Shown: positions 39,165 to 52,889, counted from the first letter of the stretch. The stretch: DNA of 64,000 nucleotides from Octopus vulgaris (GCA_951406725.2 OX597839.1:26226001-26290000); one strand, 5' to 3'. Numbers and translations: made by a program. The notes: generated from the sequence alone by a model not told the origin.

Positions 39165-39583
39165 GGTGCAGGAGTGGCTGTGAGGTAAGTAGCTTGCTTA
39201 CCAACCACATGGTTCCGGGTTCAGTCCCACTGCGTGGCACCTTGGGCAAGTGTCTTCTACTATAGCCTCGGGCCGATCAAAGCCTTGTGAATGGATTTGG
39301 TAGACGGAAACTGAAAAGAAGCCCGTCGTATGTATGTATATATATATATATGCGTGTGTGTGTTTGTCTGTCTGTGTTTGTCCCCCTAGCATTGCTTGAC
39401 AACCGAGGCTGGTGTGTTTACGTCCCCGTCACTTAGCGGTTCGGCAAAAGAGACCGATAGAATAAGTACTGGGCTTACAAAAGAATAAGTCCCGGGGTCG
39501 AGTTGCTCGACTAAAGGCGGTGCTCCAGCATGGCTGCAGTCAAATGACTGAAACAAGTAAAAGAGTAAAAGAGGGAAAAGAGT
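39165..39583 (+). mobile_element. SINE family B
   Basis: Full-length match. Confidence 0.9.
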
Positions 39584-40123
39584 ATTTCTTTACAGAGACT
39601 TTCTTTTCAGGTAACGAGGAGGGGGTGGCGTCACATGTCCATGTTGTGGGTGGTTGGCACCTTGGGTTCCAGCACTGAGTGACGCCAACATTAGTGATGC
39701 CATACATTGAATCACACATAAATTATATTTATGCATACATTATGCATACATTATCCGTGTGTGTTTGTGAATTTATGTGAGATAAATAGGGATTGAGTAA
39801 CCCTTTTGGTTAACCATAGACGTCAGTGAACTGGAAAGGAATAGAACTGAATGACCCCCCCACTCTCTCTCTTTCTCTCTCTCACTCCCATATTCTTTTA
39901 GCCTTTTATTCTTTTACTTGTTTCAGTTACTGGACTGTGGCCATGCTGGGGCACTGCCTCAAAGGTACTTACTCTATCTTTCTCTTTTTGCCGAACTGCT
40001 AAGTTATGGAGACATAAACAAACCAACACCCGCTTTCAGGTCAAGCAGTGAGAAGCACATAGATACACACACACACACGAAAGTGAGTGGTAAAAGAGCA
40101 ACTGATATGAAAATATTAGAGTG

Positions 40124-40450
40124 TCTCCTCCGAGCCCCTGCGGCACAAGTTGACCAAAATTGAGAGTATGACAGAAGAAGGCTTGCTCTTCCTTCCGTAG
40201 AAAAAAAAATTCAGATCGGACCATGTTAACACCAAAAATTATTTACACCAAAAAGGTGCTTTTTTTCTATGAAAATCCCTATTTTTTACGACTTTTTTAC
40301 TGCTGTGTTGCCATTTTTCGGTGTATTTCAACCAGAAAAATGTTCACTTAAAGAGAATAACAAGCTACATCATGCAAAATTTTTACTTTTCAAAAATTCC
40401 TATTCTAAAGGGTCGAAACAAACCCGAGCAACGCTGGGCGATACTGCTAG
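40124..40450 (+). mobile_element. 5'-truncated non-autonomous Helitron
   Basis: Hairpin plus CTAG then T; homologous to 17842-18450. Confidence 0.85.
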
Positions 40451-40461
40451 TTATTATTACC

Positions 40462-40680
40462 AAGGTGGCAAGCGGGCAGAACTGTCAGCACTCCGGGTGA
40501 AATGCTCAGTGGTATTTAGCCCATTGTTACGTTCCGAGTTCAAATTCTGCCGAGGTCAACTTTGCCTTTCATCCTTTCAGGGTCAATAAATTAAGTACCA
40601 GTTGCATACTGGGGTCGATGTGATCAACTGTCCCCCTCCCCACAAAATCCAGGCCATGTGCCTATAGTAGAAAGGATTAT
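40462..40680 (+). mobile_element. SINE family C monomer
   Basis: Head, core, tail. Confidence 0.85.
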
Positions 40681-40712
40681 GAATAAAAATAATATTAGAA
40701 TATTAGAGTGTA

Positions 40713-40748
<36 letters not shown>

Positions 40749-40755
40749 GAATAAG

Positions 40756-41136
40756 GAAGCACTCCGTCGGTTACGACGATGAGGGTTCCGGTTGATCCGA
40801 ATCATCGGAACAGCCTGCTCGTGAAATTAACGTGTAAGTGGCTGAACACTCCACAGACACGTGTACCCTCAACGTAGTTCTCGGGGATATTCAACGTGAC
40901 ACAGAGAGTGACAAGGCCGGCCCTTTGAAATACGGGTACAACAGAAACAGGAAGTAAGAGTGAGAGAAAGTTGTGGTGAAAGAGTACAGCAGGGATCACC
41001 ACCATCCCCTGCCGGAGCCTCGTGGAGCTTTAGATGTTTTCGCTCAATAAACACTCACAACGCCTGGTCTGGGAATCGAAACCGCGATCCTACGACCGCG
41101 AGTCCGCTGCCCTAACCACTGGGCCATTGCGCCTCC
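40756..41136 (-). mobile_element. Full-length SINE family A
   Basis: TSD TAAGAATAA. Confidence 0.9.
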
Positions 41137-41834
41137 TCTAAGAATAATAACAATAATATAGGCACAAGGCTTGAAATTGTTTTAATGCTTCCTGCATTGA
41201 TCCCTCATGGGTGGAATACCGTACAACTGGTTGTGGTGCATCCCTCTGTGTAGGTGCATCTCCTTAGGTACCCCTTATGTTATAAGGGGTACCTTGAACA
41301 TAACCAACACTTAGAATTTGTTTTGTCGTCATCATCATCGTTCAAGATCCACCTTCCATGCTGGCATGGGTGGGACGGTTTGACAAGAGCTGGTCAAGCA
41401 GAAGCCAGCACCAGACTTCTGTGTCTGCTTTGGCAGGGTTTTTACAGCTGGATGCCCTTCCTGACGTCAACCACTCAGCAGAGTGGACCTGGTGCTTTTA
41501 GCATGGCACAAGCACAGGCAAGGACAGTTTTGGCACACACACACACAAACACACACATAATACACACAAACACACACACAGAGGAGACAGCATGTCTGTG
41601 AGTCAGAGATTAGTGCATGCCTGAGAATGATTTTATGCCAATCAGTTTGGAGACTTGGATTTGCAGAAAGAGTAACCACTGTCCCTGAATAATGGCTTCA
41701 CAGGAGGAGGAGGTGGAGGAAGAGGAACTGGAGGAAGGGGACGAGGAAGAGGAGGAGGAAGAAGAAGGACAAATAATTTGATTCTTAACTGATTGTTTAT
41801 GACTATGTCAATGGTGATTGACACCATGGCCCTT

Positions 41835-42019
41835 GTGTGTGTGTGTGAATGTATGTGTGTATGTCAGAGTATGTGTGTGTGTATGTGTGTGTGAGAGAGA
41901 GAGAGAGAGAGAGGAAGGGAGGGAGGAAGGGAGAATCTCAATGAATGAGTACCTGTGAGTGAGTGTGCATCAAAGTGTGTGTGAGAGTGAGCATGTGTGG
42001 GTGAGTGTAAGAATTTGGT

Positions 42020-42051
<32 letters not shown>

Positions 42052-42176
42052 AGAGCAAGTGTGCTTGTGTGTATGTGTGTATGAGAGAGAGAGTGGGAGA
42101 ATCTCAGTGTATGTGTACCTGTGAGTGTGAGTGAGTGAGTGTGCGTCAAAGTGTGTGTGTGTGTATGTGTGTGTGT

Positions 42177-42223
<47 letters not shown>

Positions 42224-42612
42224 TGTGTGTGAGAGAGAGTGTGAACATGTTTGGGTGAGTAAGAATTTGGTTGTATGTGTGCCTGTGTGTGTGTGTGTGT
42301 GAGCAAGTGTGCTTGTGTGTGTGTGAGTGAAAGTGTGTATGAATCTGACTGCGTGTGTGTGTATGTATGTGAGAGAGAGAGTACATGTGAATGTGATTGC
42401 TTGTATGTGTGTGAGTATGCTTGTGTGTGTGTATGAGAGTATGCTTGTGTATGCGACTGTGTGTGAGTGTGCCTGTGTGCATGTGAGCATATGTGTTTTG
42501 CGTGTGTGTGAGAGAAAGTGTGTATGAATGACAGCGTGTGTATGTGTGTGTGAGAGAGAGAGAGAGAGAGAGTACATGTGAATGTGCCTGTGTGTGTGTA
42601 GGGTTAGTATGT

Positions 42613-42672
<60 letters not shown>

Positions 42673-42692
42673 TGTGTGTGTATGTGTGTGTG
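41835..42692. repeat. (TG)n/(AG)n compound microsatellite with internal duplications
   Basis: Direct inspection. Confidence 0.93.
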
Positions 42693-42893
42693 TTGGGGGG
42701 TTAGTATGATACATAAATATTCTGTTGATGTTAAGTCATGCAACTATTGTAGAATACCAGGTACCTTCATCAGCACTGATATAGTCCAGATCTGGCTAAC
42801 CACATTGAATAATAGGAAACCTACAGAACTGGTTAATATAAACAATTTATATTAACCAAAGTCTGAGTTTTCTCTATTGGATTTTATACAGAA

Positions 42894-43855
42894 CTAGCAG
42901 CATAGCCCGGCGTTGCCCGGCTATGTAAGAGCCCCTAGTAGGCAACGACTAATCCCAATCTAGTCCTTTCCCTCTAGGGAACGAAGGCGCATGTGTAGGT
43001 TGCAATGTCTTCTCTTTCTCTTCACTCGAATACTTCTGTGTATACGATGTTCCTAGCTGTCCCTTTGGGCGAAAACATGAAAACACCTTTGCGCCTCCCA
43101 ACGCGTGAACAGCCCACGTAGAGTTGACCGTGGGCGAAGCACTGTTTGCCCAACTGTAACCCAGCGACTGTAGCGTTTGGCCTTGGGATTTATTGATGGA
43201 CATTGCGAAGCAGAGTTTAACAGGAAACTGAGAACGCCTGAAGTGGATTGGTAGGTCAGCGCCCGACGGTTGAAGGTGCATGCTTGGAATGAAGACGTCC
43301 TCTCCCTTCCCACAACCGGTAAGTATTGTGGCCGTTATTAAATGTGGTGGCAAATGTTTCACAACCAGATGTGTGCCGTTGTACTGTTTAGGTGGAACCA
43401 AATTCCTGATGAGCATAATGGGCGCACCGACTTTTAACTTCAGGATGTGTGGCGGCAGGCCTGGCGGTTCAAGTGAATTCAGGAATTCAACAGGATAATC
43501 GGCAAGCTCGGCGGGGTCTGCTGTCCTATCAATAGATTTATAGACGTGGACATCACCAGGAATAGCTTCAAGTAGCTGGATATTGATGGAGTTGAGAGTT
43601 AAAAAGGTCGAGTTGCGTCCCCTAGACAGTCTGTGGTTTGTGTTTCTGATTCTCGACCCCATGTCGAATTTATCGATTTTTTTCAGAACAGGGGGAACTT
43701 TTCAAAATTTTCGCTGCGTTAGTTTTGAATTATGACATTGGGCTATGTGTGTGTCAAGTTTCATCAGAATCGGTTGAAAGCCGTGGTCAGGGTGAGGGTA
43801 CAACCTGACAGACACACAGACAGACAAACTGCCGTTTATATATAGAGAGAAGAGA
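42894..43855 (-). mobile_element. Internally deleted Helitron
   Basis: 5' TC, 3' CCGGGCAACGCCGGG hairpin plus CTAG, A/T target, helicase remnant inside. Confidence 0.92.
43022..43595 (-). pseudogene. Helitron PIF1-like helicase C-terminal fragment, frameshifted
   Basis: YPVEFLNSLEPPGLPPHILKLKVGAPIMLIRNL...QFPVKLCFAMSINKSQGQTL, then a frameshift near 43170 into VAGLQLGKQCFAHGQLYVGCSRVG...NIVYTEVFE*. Confidence 0.92.
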
Positions 43856-44462
43856 TATAAAATTCAGATATTGTAAAGAAGAATTGAGAATTATACAGCT
43901 TCAAAATTTGTTTATTACTGTATTATCCTCATTAACTTCTAATCCAACACAGAAACATGGGTCGGCTTAGAATTTAATGCGAATTTAATGAGGATAATTC
44001 TGTGATAAACAAATTTTGAAGATGTGTAATTCTCCATTCTTCTTTTATGATGCCATGGTTATATATACATACATATATACATACATATATACATACATAT
44101 ATACATACATACATATATACATACATATACATACATATATACATACATATACATACATATATACATACATATACATACATATATATATAAGGTGTGTTAT
44201 GAGCATTTATAGAACACGTATCTTATATAAGCTCAACAAACAATTGAAGATGGAGAAGACAAGATGTTAAGTTTTATAAAATTGACTGATTAAACCCATT
44301 TAATTTTTGAATAAATTGATGATAAAGTTTTCTAAATAATTTTTTTTTTCGGCGAAGTTTCCTATCTGCTTCTTCAACACATTAGGGTTTGAAAATAAGG
44401 GTTTTATACTTTTACTGTGAACTTGTCTCTCTGTAAACTTTTCTTGAGGTGAACTTACTGGA

Positions 44463-44975
44463 CATCATCATCATCATCATCATCGTTTAACGTCCGTTCT
44501 CCATGCTAGCATGGGTTGGACGGTTCGACCGGGGATCTGGGAAGCCAGAAGGCTACACCAGGCTCCAGTCTGATCTGGCAGTGTTTCTGTGGCTGGATGC
44601 CCTTCCTAACGCCAACCACTCCGTGAGTGTAGTGGGTGCTTTTTACGGGCCACCTGCACAGGTGCCAGGCAAGGCTGGCAACGGCCACGGTCGGATTGGT
44701 GCATTTTACGTGCCACCAGCACGGAAGCCAGTCAAGGCGGCGCTGGCATCGGCCACCTTCAGATGGTGCTGTTTACGTGCCACCGGCTCAGGGATCACAA
44801 CTGCAGTTTCCATTGATTTTGATGTCGGTGTACTTGACTCAATGGATCTCCTCAAGCACAGGGTCGAAATGGTGTTTCTTCAATTGCCACCTGCACAGGA
44901 GTCAGTCCAGCGGTCCTGGCAACTGCCGGGTGCCAGTCATAGGATTGGTTCAATTTCGATTCCGATTTCGATTTT
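44463..44975 (-). mobile_element. Element D
   Basis: Tail, conserved block, several VNTR units. Confidence 0.85.
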
Positions 44976-45390
44976 ACAATGATATTTTGAAGTAAATATG
45001 AATGCAGTAAAATGAGATGTTTTGTTTTAAAAACCAGAAGCATAGGGTTAAATTGGTGAAGTCAGCAGATGTACTCTAGTTTAGAACTAGGTGAACATAG
45101 CCACTGGGAATTGTCACTGCCAGAAATTCTACTCAGTTAAAATCCATTGACCGATTCCACTTTATTGATCTGGTCAACCAAAAGCAACTCATTATTCATT
45201 TATTTATATATTTCATTCTGTGGAGCATGGCTGAGTGGTTAAGAAGCCTACTTTCCAACTCTGTGGTGTTGGATTCAATTCCACCGAACACTGCCCCCAT
45301 CTCTTGCTCTTTCTCTCTCTCCCTCTAACTAGGGTAGACACACACACACATACAATGGGCTTCCTTCAGTTTCTATCTATCATATGTAAT

Positions 45391-45688
45391 CAAAAGGCTC
45401 CTCCACAATTTAAGACACCTGTTTCTATCCCTCTGTCAAAGTTTAACCTCTCGTCATCTAGCAACAAAAGGCTCCTCCACAATTTAAGACACCTGTTTCT
45501 ATCCCTCTGTCATAGTTTAACCTCTCGTCATCTAGCAACAAAAGGCTCCTCCACAATTTAAGACACCTGTTTCTATCCCTCTGTCATAGTTTAACCTCTC
45601 ATCATCTAGCAACAAAAGGCTCCTCCACAATTTAAGACACCTGTTTCTTTCCCTCTGTCATAGTTTAACCTCTCGTCATCTAGCAACA
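45391..45688. repeat. 74-bp tandem repeat, 4 copies
   Basis: CAAAAGGCTCC at 45391, 45465, 45539, 45613. Confidence 0.95.
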
Positions 45689-45796
45689 AGAAGGGTTAGC
45701 AACAGAAAGAGCACCTGGCTGTAGAAAATCCGTGTCTATGTCTGCCTCATGCAAGCAAAACCATAGTGGACATTAAAACGATGATGATGATGATCT

Positions 45797-46710
45797 TCAT
45801 CATCATCATTGTTTAACGTCTGCTTTCCATGCTGGCATGGGTTTGACATTTTGACTAAGGACCGGCAAGCCAGGAAGTTGCACCTGGCTCCAGTCTGATC
45901 TGGCAAGGTTTCTACAGCTGGATGCCCTTCCAACCACTTTACAGAGTGAAGTGGGTGCTTTTAAATGCTACTGACATGGGTGCTTTTATGTGCCACCAAC
46001 ATGGGTGCCAGTCAGATGGCACTGGTAGCAGCCACGCTCAAATGGTGATTTTTATGTGCCTCTGGCATGGGTGCCAGTCAGGCGGCAATGACATTGTTCA
46101 TGCTCGAATGGTGCTTTTTACATGCCACTGGCGTGGATGCCAGTCAGGTGGCACTGGCATCAGCCACACTTGGATGGTGCTTTTTATGTACCACTGGCAC
46201 AGGTGCCAGTCAGGCGGCACTGATATCACCCATGCTCTAACGATACTTTTTATGTGCCACTGGCACAGGTGCCAGTCAAGCAGCACTGATATCACCCACA
46301 CTCTAACGATACTTTTTATGTGCCACTGGCACAGGTGCCAGTCAAGCGGCACTGATATCACCCATGCTCTAATGGTGCTTTTTATGTACCACTGGCACAG
46401 GTGCCAGTCAAGCGGCACTGATATCACCCATGCTCTAATGGTACTTTTTATGTACCACTGGCACAGGTGCCAGTCAGACAGCACTGGTATCACCCACGCT
46501 GTAATGGTACTTTTTACGTGTCACTGGCACAGGTGCTAAACAGGTAACACTGGCATTGGCCACACTCGAACTGTGTTTTTTATGTACCACCAGCACAGGT
46601 GCCTGTCAGGAAGCACTGGCATTGGCCACACTTGAATGGTGCTTTTCACATTCCACTGGCACGTGTGCCAGTCAAGTGGCAGTGGCATCAGCCAAAACTA
46701 TGATTCAACT
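45797..46710 (-). mobile_element. Element D with about 11 tandem 66-bp units
   Basis: Period 66 (46181, 46247, 46313, 46379, 46445, 46511). Confidence 0.9.
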
Positions 46711-46916
46711 TCTTACCCCACAACCACCCCTGCAACTATGTTGAGATTTGTTACCAATCTTATTTCTCTCTCTTTCTTTCTTTTACGTTAAGCATTACCT
46801 GTCTTTGAAAATGAAAGAGTAACAGGTGTGGGAGGAAAAGAATTCAATCAAGCAATTTTACATGGAGGTGCATAGTACTGATGGGAAGAAGTCAAGAGTT
46901 GGAATATTCAGAGTAA

Positions 46917-47148
46917 CCTATTTCTTTATTACCCACAAGGGGCTAAACACAGAGGAGACAAACAAGGACAGACAAACGGACTAAGTCAATTACATCGACC
47001 CCAGTGTGTAACTGGTACTTAATTTACCGACCCCGAAAGGATGAAAGGCAAAGTCAACCTCGGCGGAATTTGAACTCACAACGTAACGCAGACGAAATAC
47101 CGTAAAGCATTTCGCCCAGCGTGCTGACGAGTCTGCCAGCTCGCCACC
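46917..47148 (-). mobile_element. SINE family C monomer
   Basis: TSD GAATATTCAGAGTAA. Confidence 0.9.
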
Positions 47149-47407
47149 AGCGAATATTCAGAGTAATCGACATTATTACAGCAGCAACTGAGCAAATTGT
47201 ACAAGAATGCAGATTGTGAAAGATCTGTGGTTGGAAACTGGTGGCGATGGTACTTTTATCTATTAGGAAGATAGTATTTTCTTGTTAGTAATCTAGAAAA
47301 TGTGGGTGTGTGAATGTATTTGCCAGACAGAGGGCCTTTTCTTGCATATAACCAGGGCAAACATACACACATGCATTTTATCTCTCTCACTGTTTATATA
47401 TATCTTG

Positions 47408-47695
47408 GTTGTATATGGCTATGGTGTGGCCACACTTGGAATTTGCATCATCAGTCTGGAAACCCTATCTTGCTCAGGACATTGACCTCCAGCAAACTGT
47501 TCAGAGATGTGCAACCAAGCGAATACCCTCCATCAGGCATACTCTGAATGCCTTGCTACCCTGGGCATGGCTACATTGAAGCTCCAACGTCTGGCAACTG
47601 AGTTGGTAAACGCCCACAAAATTATTAACCATCGTGCCAACAACCACCTTGAGCACCTTTTTCAGCTCCATGTGTCTAACACATGTGGGCATGTG
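47408..47695 (+). mobile_element. CR1/L2-type LINE ORF2 C-terminal fragment
   Basis: YMAMVWPHLEFASSVWKPYLAQDID..VQRCATKRIPSI, frameshift, YSECLATLGMATLKLQRL...HKII...NTCGH. Confidence 0.8.
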
Positions 47696-47773
47696 TTATA
47701 CAGGGGGTTAGTGAAAAGAAGAGCTTCCGTAAGTGTGGGTGTTTTGTAGTAGAAGGTGGTTTATCTTGTAAGG

Positions 47774-47804
<31 letters not shown>

Positions 47805-48009
47805 GATACATGTATGCAGGGAAATTAATATTTTGCTGAGGAGGGCTAAGATGACAGAAACATGTCTGATGTAATCTTTCATACTTTCAAATATGATTAA
47901 ATGATTAGTCACTGGGCTAAAGTTCTCTTCACCATACTAGTATTTCTAATAAATTATTTTGATATGTTAGCATTAAATAACATACACACATACACACACA
48001 CAAGGTTGT

Positions 48010-48797
48010 GCCCACAAACCCACTCAACAACTACTTTCATTTATATCCACAACCACACTTAAGAACTGCTCTTAACAACAGTCACAAGCTCATGTAACTC
48101 TGTCCTCAGTCACATTCACAAACCTACTTAACAACGGGCCTCAATTACTGCCGCAATCATACTTAATAATTGCTCTCAGCTACAGCCTGAATCTACTTAA
48201 CAACTGCCTTGAGTCACAACCACAGACATACCTAAAACCTGCCCTCAATCACACCCACAATTTCACTTAATGAGATCCCTAAATTACATCCATAAACCCA
48301 TTTAACACTGCCCTCAACTGTACCCACAAACACACTTAACTGCCTTCAGGTACAGCTATAAATCCACTCAAAAACTTCCCTCAATTACACCCACAATCCC
48401 ATTTAACAAGAGCCCTAAATTAAATCCATAAACCCATTTAACACTGCCTTCAATTGTACCCACAAACACACTTAACAACTGCTCTCAGTTACGGCCAAAG
48501 ACCCACAAAAAACCTGCCCTCAGTTACACCCACAATCCCATTTAACGAGAGCCCTAAATTAAATCCATAAACCCATTTAACACTGCCTTCAATTGTACCC
48601 ACAAACACACTTAACAACTGCTCTTAGTTACGGCCAAAAACCCACAAAAAACCTGCCCTCAATTACACCCACAATCCCATTTAACAAGAGCCCTAAATTG
48701 AATCCGCAAACCCATTTAACACTACCTTCAATTGTACCCACAAACCCACTTAACAACTGCCCTCAGTCACACCTATAAACCCACTGAACAACTGTCA
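48010..48797. repeat. 35-bp minisatellite with 139-bp higher-order repeat
   Basis: Monomer ~CACAAACCCACTTAACAACTGCCCTCAATTACACC; CCACAATCCC at 48391, 48530, 48669. Confidence 0.88.
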
Positions 48798-49093
48798 GCA
48801 ATTATGAGAAAGTAATAATCGAAGGCAAAACTATAAAACGAGCAACACAGAGAGAGATTAAGAAATTATTTTTAGGCTCTGCCCTCCTTTCTTATTTAAC
48901 ATTGATCTCTGGAGATAACACTCGTCAGCTCAATATCTGTTGAAGTGAAAAGAAGTTTACTGGAGCATGATTCGATTCACAGTTCAAATGAACATCTATC
49001 ACATGTGTCAAGAGTACAAGATGTTTGTAATAGGTATATTACAAAATGAAAAATACAGTGTGTTTATATAAGTGTGTGTGTGTGTGTTTATAT

Positions 49094-49127
<34 letters not shown>

Positions 49128-49847
49128 ATAACAGTGCATATATATAAAAGTGTGAGAGATGGGTGGAGGAAAGACAGAAAGAAGAAGAAGAGATTCTATA
49201 TTGGTATAGAATAGAAAAGAGTATTTCTTTGGTAGCTTGTGATATTAAAACTTCTCTACCAGTGGGTGGTTGGGTGGCTGGGGGTCAGAATGGCATGAGA
49301 AAGAGGAAACAATCAACAGAAGCTGCAATACATAGATAGATAATGGTGATAAGGGGCTCGGGTGGCCCCACAAAGCACACGGCAAGTAGAAGTGGGTTTT
49401 AGTTTGCAAGGTCGACTTTGCCTTTCATCCTTTCGGGGTCGATAAATTAAGTACCAGTTACGCACTGGGGTCGATATAATCGACTTAATCACTTTGTCTG
49501 TTCTTGTTTATCCCCTCTATCTTTAGCCCCTTGTGGGCAATAGAGAAATAAGAATGTATGGGAGATGAAAGAGGAGTGGGGTGGAAGACTGCCGAACTGG
49601 GTAGGGTTAAAGGATGGATGAAACGAGAGCCATGAGATGGGGAGGAGAGAGAGACGCAGAAGAATGGGGGTGGCCAGAAGCAGCAGTTGTAAAAGTGATA
49701 CAGATAAGCCTTGTGCTTATTCTTTTGGTCTTTTTTGCTGAACTGCTAAGTTACAGGGATGTAAATACACCAACATTGGTTGTCAAGTAATGATAATGGG
49801 GACAAACACAGACACACAAAACACACATATATATATATATATATATA

Positions 49848-50241
49848 CTCTTTACTCTTTTACTAGTTTCAGTCATTTGACTGCGGCCATGCTGGAGCAC
49901 CGCCTTTAGTCGAGCAAATCGACCACAGGACTTATTCTTTGTAAGCCAAGTACTTATTCTATAGGTCTCTTTTGCCGAACCGCTAAGTGACGGGGACGTA
50001 AACACACCAGCATTGGTTGTCAAGCAATGCTAGGGAGACAAACACAGACACACAAACACACATATATATATATATATATATACATATATACGACAGGCTT
50101 CTTTCAGTTTCCGTCTACCAAATCCACTCACAAGGCCCAAGTCGATAGTAAAAGACACTCGCCCAAGGTGCCACGCAGTGGGACTGAACCCAGAACCATG
50201 TGGTTGGGAAGCAAGCTTCTTACAACACAGCCACTCCTGCG

Positions 50242-50243
<2 letters not shown>
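49848..50243 (-). mobile_element. SINE family B
   Basis: Homology to other copies. Confidence 0.88.
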
Positions 50244-50300
<57 letters not shown>

Positions 50301-50303
<3 letters not shown>

Positions 50304-50465
50304 TTTTTTTTCTCTCCTTGTTTTTTTCTGTGTATCTTTCTGTCGAAGAGCATAGGCTCGAAATGTAAAAGACTTTTTCTATTCCTGAGCATTATACTAA
50401 TACATTTGTTTGTTTATACTCCACCTGCTTTCGTCTTTTGTTTATTTTCATAAACTTTCCCTTTA
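50301..50465 (+). mobile_element. Penelope-like terminal repeat with minimal hammerhead-like motif
   Basis: TCTTT CTGTCGA A GAGC ATAG GCTC GAAA TGTA AAAGA at 50335-50372; inserted in (TA)n. Confidence 0.65.
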
Positions 50466-50717
50466 TACATATATATATAAAAGCATATAGTTTATATTCA
50501 TTTAAAAGAAGAAAAAGCAAATGGAGATTAGGAAGTTAATAATTGTTTATTATTAACAGCAAATTAATCATCTTCACTTACAGCCGTTTCAATTAATGCT
50601 CAATAAACAATAAATTTACATGAACGTGACATGAGCATAATATCATAATAGGAAAAACGATGTACATTTGGATGTTATATGTGTGCTTAAACAGGCTTTT
50701 TTTTTATATACATCTAT

Positions 50718-51150
50718 TCATCATCATCATCATCATTTAACGTCCGCTTTCCATGTTAGCATGGGTTGGACGGTTCAACTGGGGTCTGGGAAGCCAGAAG
50801 GCTGCATCAGGCTCCAGTCTGATCTGGCAGTGTTTCTACGGCTGGATGCCCTTCCTAACGCCAACCACTCCAAGAGTGTAGTGGGTGCTTTTTACATGCC
50901 ACCCGCATAGGTGCCAGACGGGGCTGGCAAATGGCCACGGACGGATGGTGCTTTTTACGTGCCACCGGCACGGGGGCCAGGCGAGGCTGGCAATGGCCAC
51001 AATCGGATGGTGCTTTTTACGTTCCACCGGCACGGGTGCCAGGCGAGGCTGGCAAACGGCCACGGACGGATGGTGCTTTTTATGTGCCACCGGCATGGGG
51101 GCCAGACGGGGCTGGCAAACGGCCACGATCGGATGGTGCTTTTTACGTGC
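50718..51150 (-). mobile_element. Element D with about 4 VNTR units
   Basis: Tail, block and GC-rich units. Confidence 0.87.
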
Positions 51151-51490
51151 TCCCCCACCAAATTACTAGGTATTGAACCAGTATTTCCTTGGATGAAACC
51201 ATCCCTTCATGAGGCTTACACATCCTCTAATTAAATTTTTATATATTACTGATGTATATATCATTACCATTAACTATTTAGCAGGAAATTCACAGTAAAT
51301 CGATTCTATTCCAATTACTGACTCCTTCCTCCTCACAGCCATTATCCCCACCCTCAGCAAACTAGCTTCAAAATAATAATCGCAATTTTAACTTTTCTAT
51401 TTGAATGTGGGAAGACATACATGAACATGTGGATGATTTTTATGTACATGTACAGACACATGTGTATGTATGTATGTATATATATATATA

Positions 51491-51904
51491 GGCACAGGAG
51501 TGGCTGTGTGGTAAGTAGCTTGCCTACCAACCACATGGTTCCGGGTTCAGTCCCACTGCGTGGCATCTTGGGCAAGTGTCTTCTGCTATAGCCCCAGGCC
51601 GACCAATGCCTTGTGAGTGGATTTGGTAGATGGAAACTGAAAGAAGCCTGTCGTATATATGTATATATATATGTATGTGTGTGTATGTATATGTTTGTGT
51701 GTCTGTGTTTGTCCCCCTAGCATTGCTTGACAACCGATGCTGGTGTGTTTATGTCCCCCATCACTTAGCGGTTCGGCAAAAGAGACCGATAGAATAAGTA
51801 CTGGGCTTACAAAGAATAAGTCCCGGGGTCGATTTGCTCGACTAAAGGCGGTGCTCCAGCATGGCCACAGTCAAATGACTGAAACAAGTTAAAGAGTAAA
51901 GAGT
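51491..51904 (+). mobile_element. SINE family B
   Basis: Full-length match. Confidence 0.9.
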
Positions 51905-51919
51905 ATATATATATATATA

Positions 51920-52118
51920 GTGAGAATTTACAAAAAACAAACAAACAAAAGACAAAGATGGATGTGTAGACAACAAAAAGATGTATTAGTTTAATGCTTG
52001 GGAAGTGAAGAAGTCTTTTACGTTTTGAGCCTACGCTCTTCAACAGAAAGGAACACAGAAATAAACAGGGAGAGAAAATAGAAAAGGGTTTAGTGGCTAA
52101 CGATCTATCATGGTGAAT
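51920..52118 (-). mobile_element. Penelope-like terminal repeat
   Basis: Homologous to 50301-50465; motif at 52014-52050; (TA)n flanks. Confidence 0.65.
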
Positions 52119-52834
52119 GTATATATATATATATCTATCTATCTATCTATATATCTATATATCTATATATATATATATATATATGTATGTATATATAAAA
52201 ATTAGAAAAAAACAACCATTTATCAATTCAAAATGAACAATTAAATTACACCATCTAGAAAATTACATATAATAGAAATATTAAATATAAAATAACAATA
52301 ATCTACTGATGATTAAGTAATGTGCAAAATAATAAATAAAACGTATATATTTGGCAGCTATGTGGTTTCAAGTTCAATCCCATTGCACAGCACCTTGGGC
52401 AAGTTTCTACTGCTACAGCCCTGGGCCAACCAATGCTTTGTAAGTGAATCTGATAGACAGAAACTGTCATGTGTGTGTGTGTGTGTGTCTGTCAACACCA
52501 CCAACATCACTTGACAACCTGTGTTGGTTTGTTTGCATACATCTGCCGTGACTTTGCAGTTCAGCAAAAGAGAGCAGTGGAATAAATTCCAGACTTGAAA
52601 AAAAAAAAAAGAGGGGGAGGAAACAAAGGTAGTTCGACTAAAACCCCTTCCTTTCAAGGCAGTACTCCAGCATGGTTGCTGTCTGATGATGAAACAGGTG
52701 GAAGATAACAAAGGATAATAAATGATGCAAAAATCAGTAAAACAAAACAAAACAAAAAACGAATTTTCTAGAATTATCTTAATTTTGATAACTTACCAAA
52801 TGATTTTTTCCAAATAAGACACAATGATCCAGGT

Positions 52835-52889
52835 GAGAGAGAGAGAGAGAGACAGGTAGATAAGGTAGGTAGGCAGATAGGTAGGTAGG

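Noticed and set aside
42949-43662. Host PIF1 helicase gene
   Set aside because: Truncated, frameshifted and bounded by Helitron termini
45950-46710. CRISPR-like look of palindromic repeats with regular spacing
   Set aside because: The intervening sequences are homologous rather than unique spacers, there are no cas genes, and the array is inside a eukaryotic retroelement
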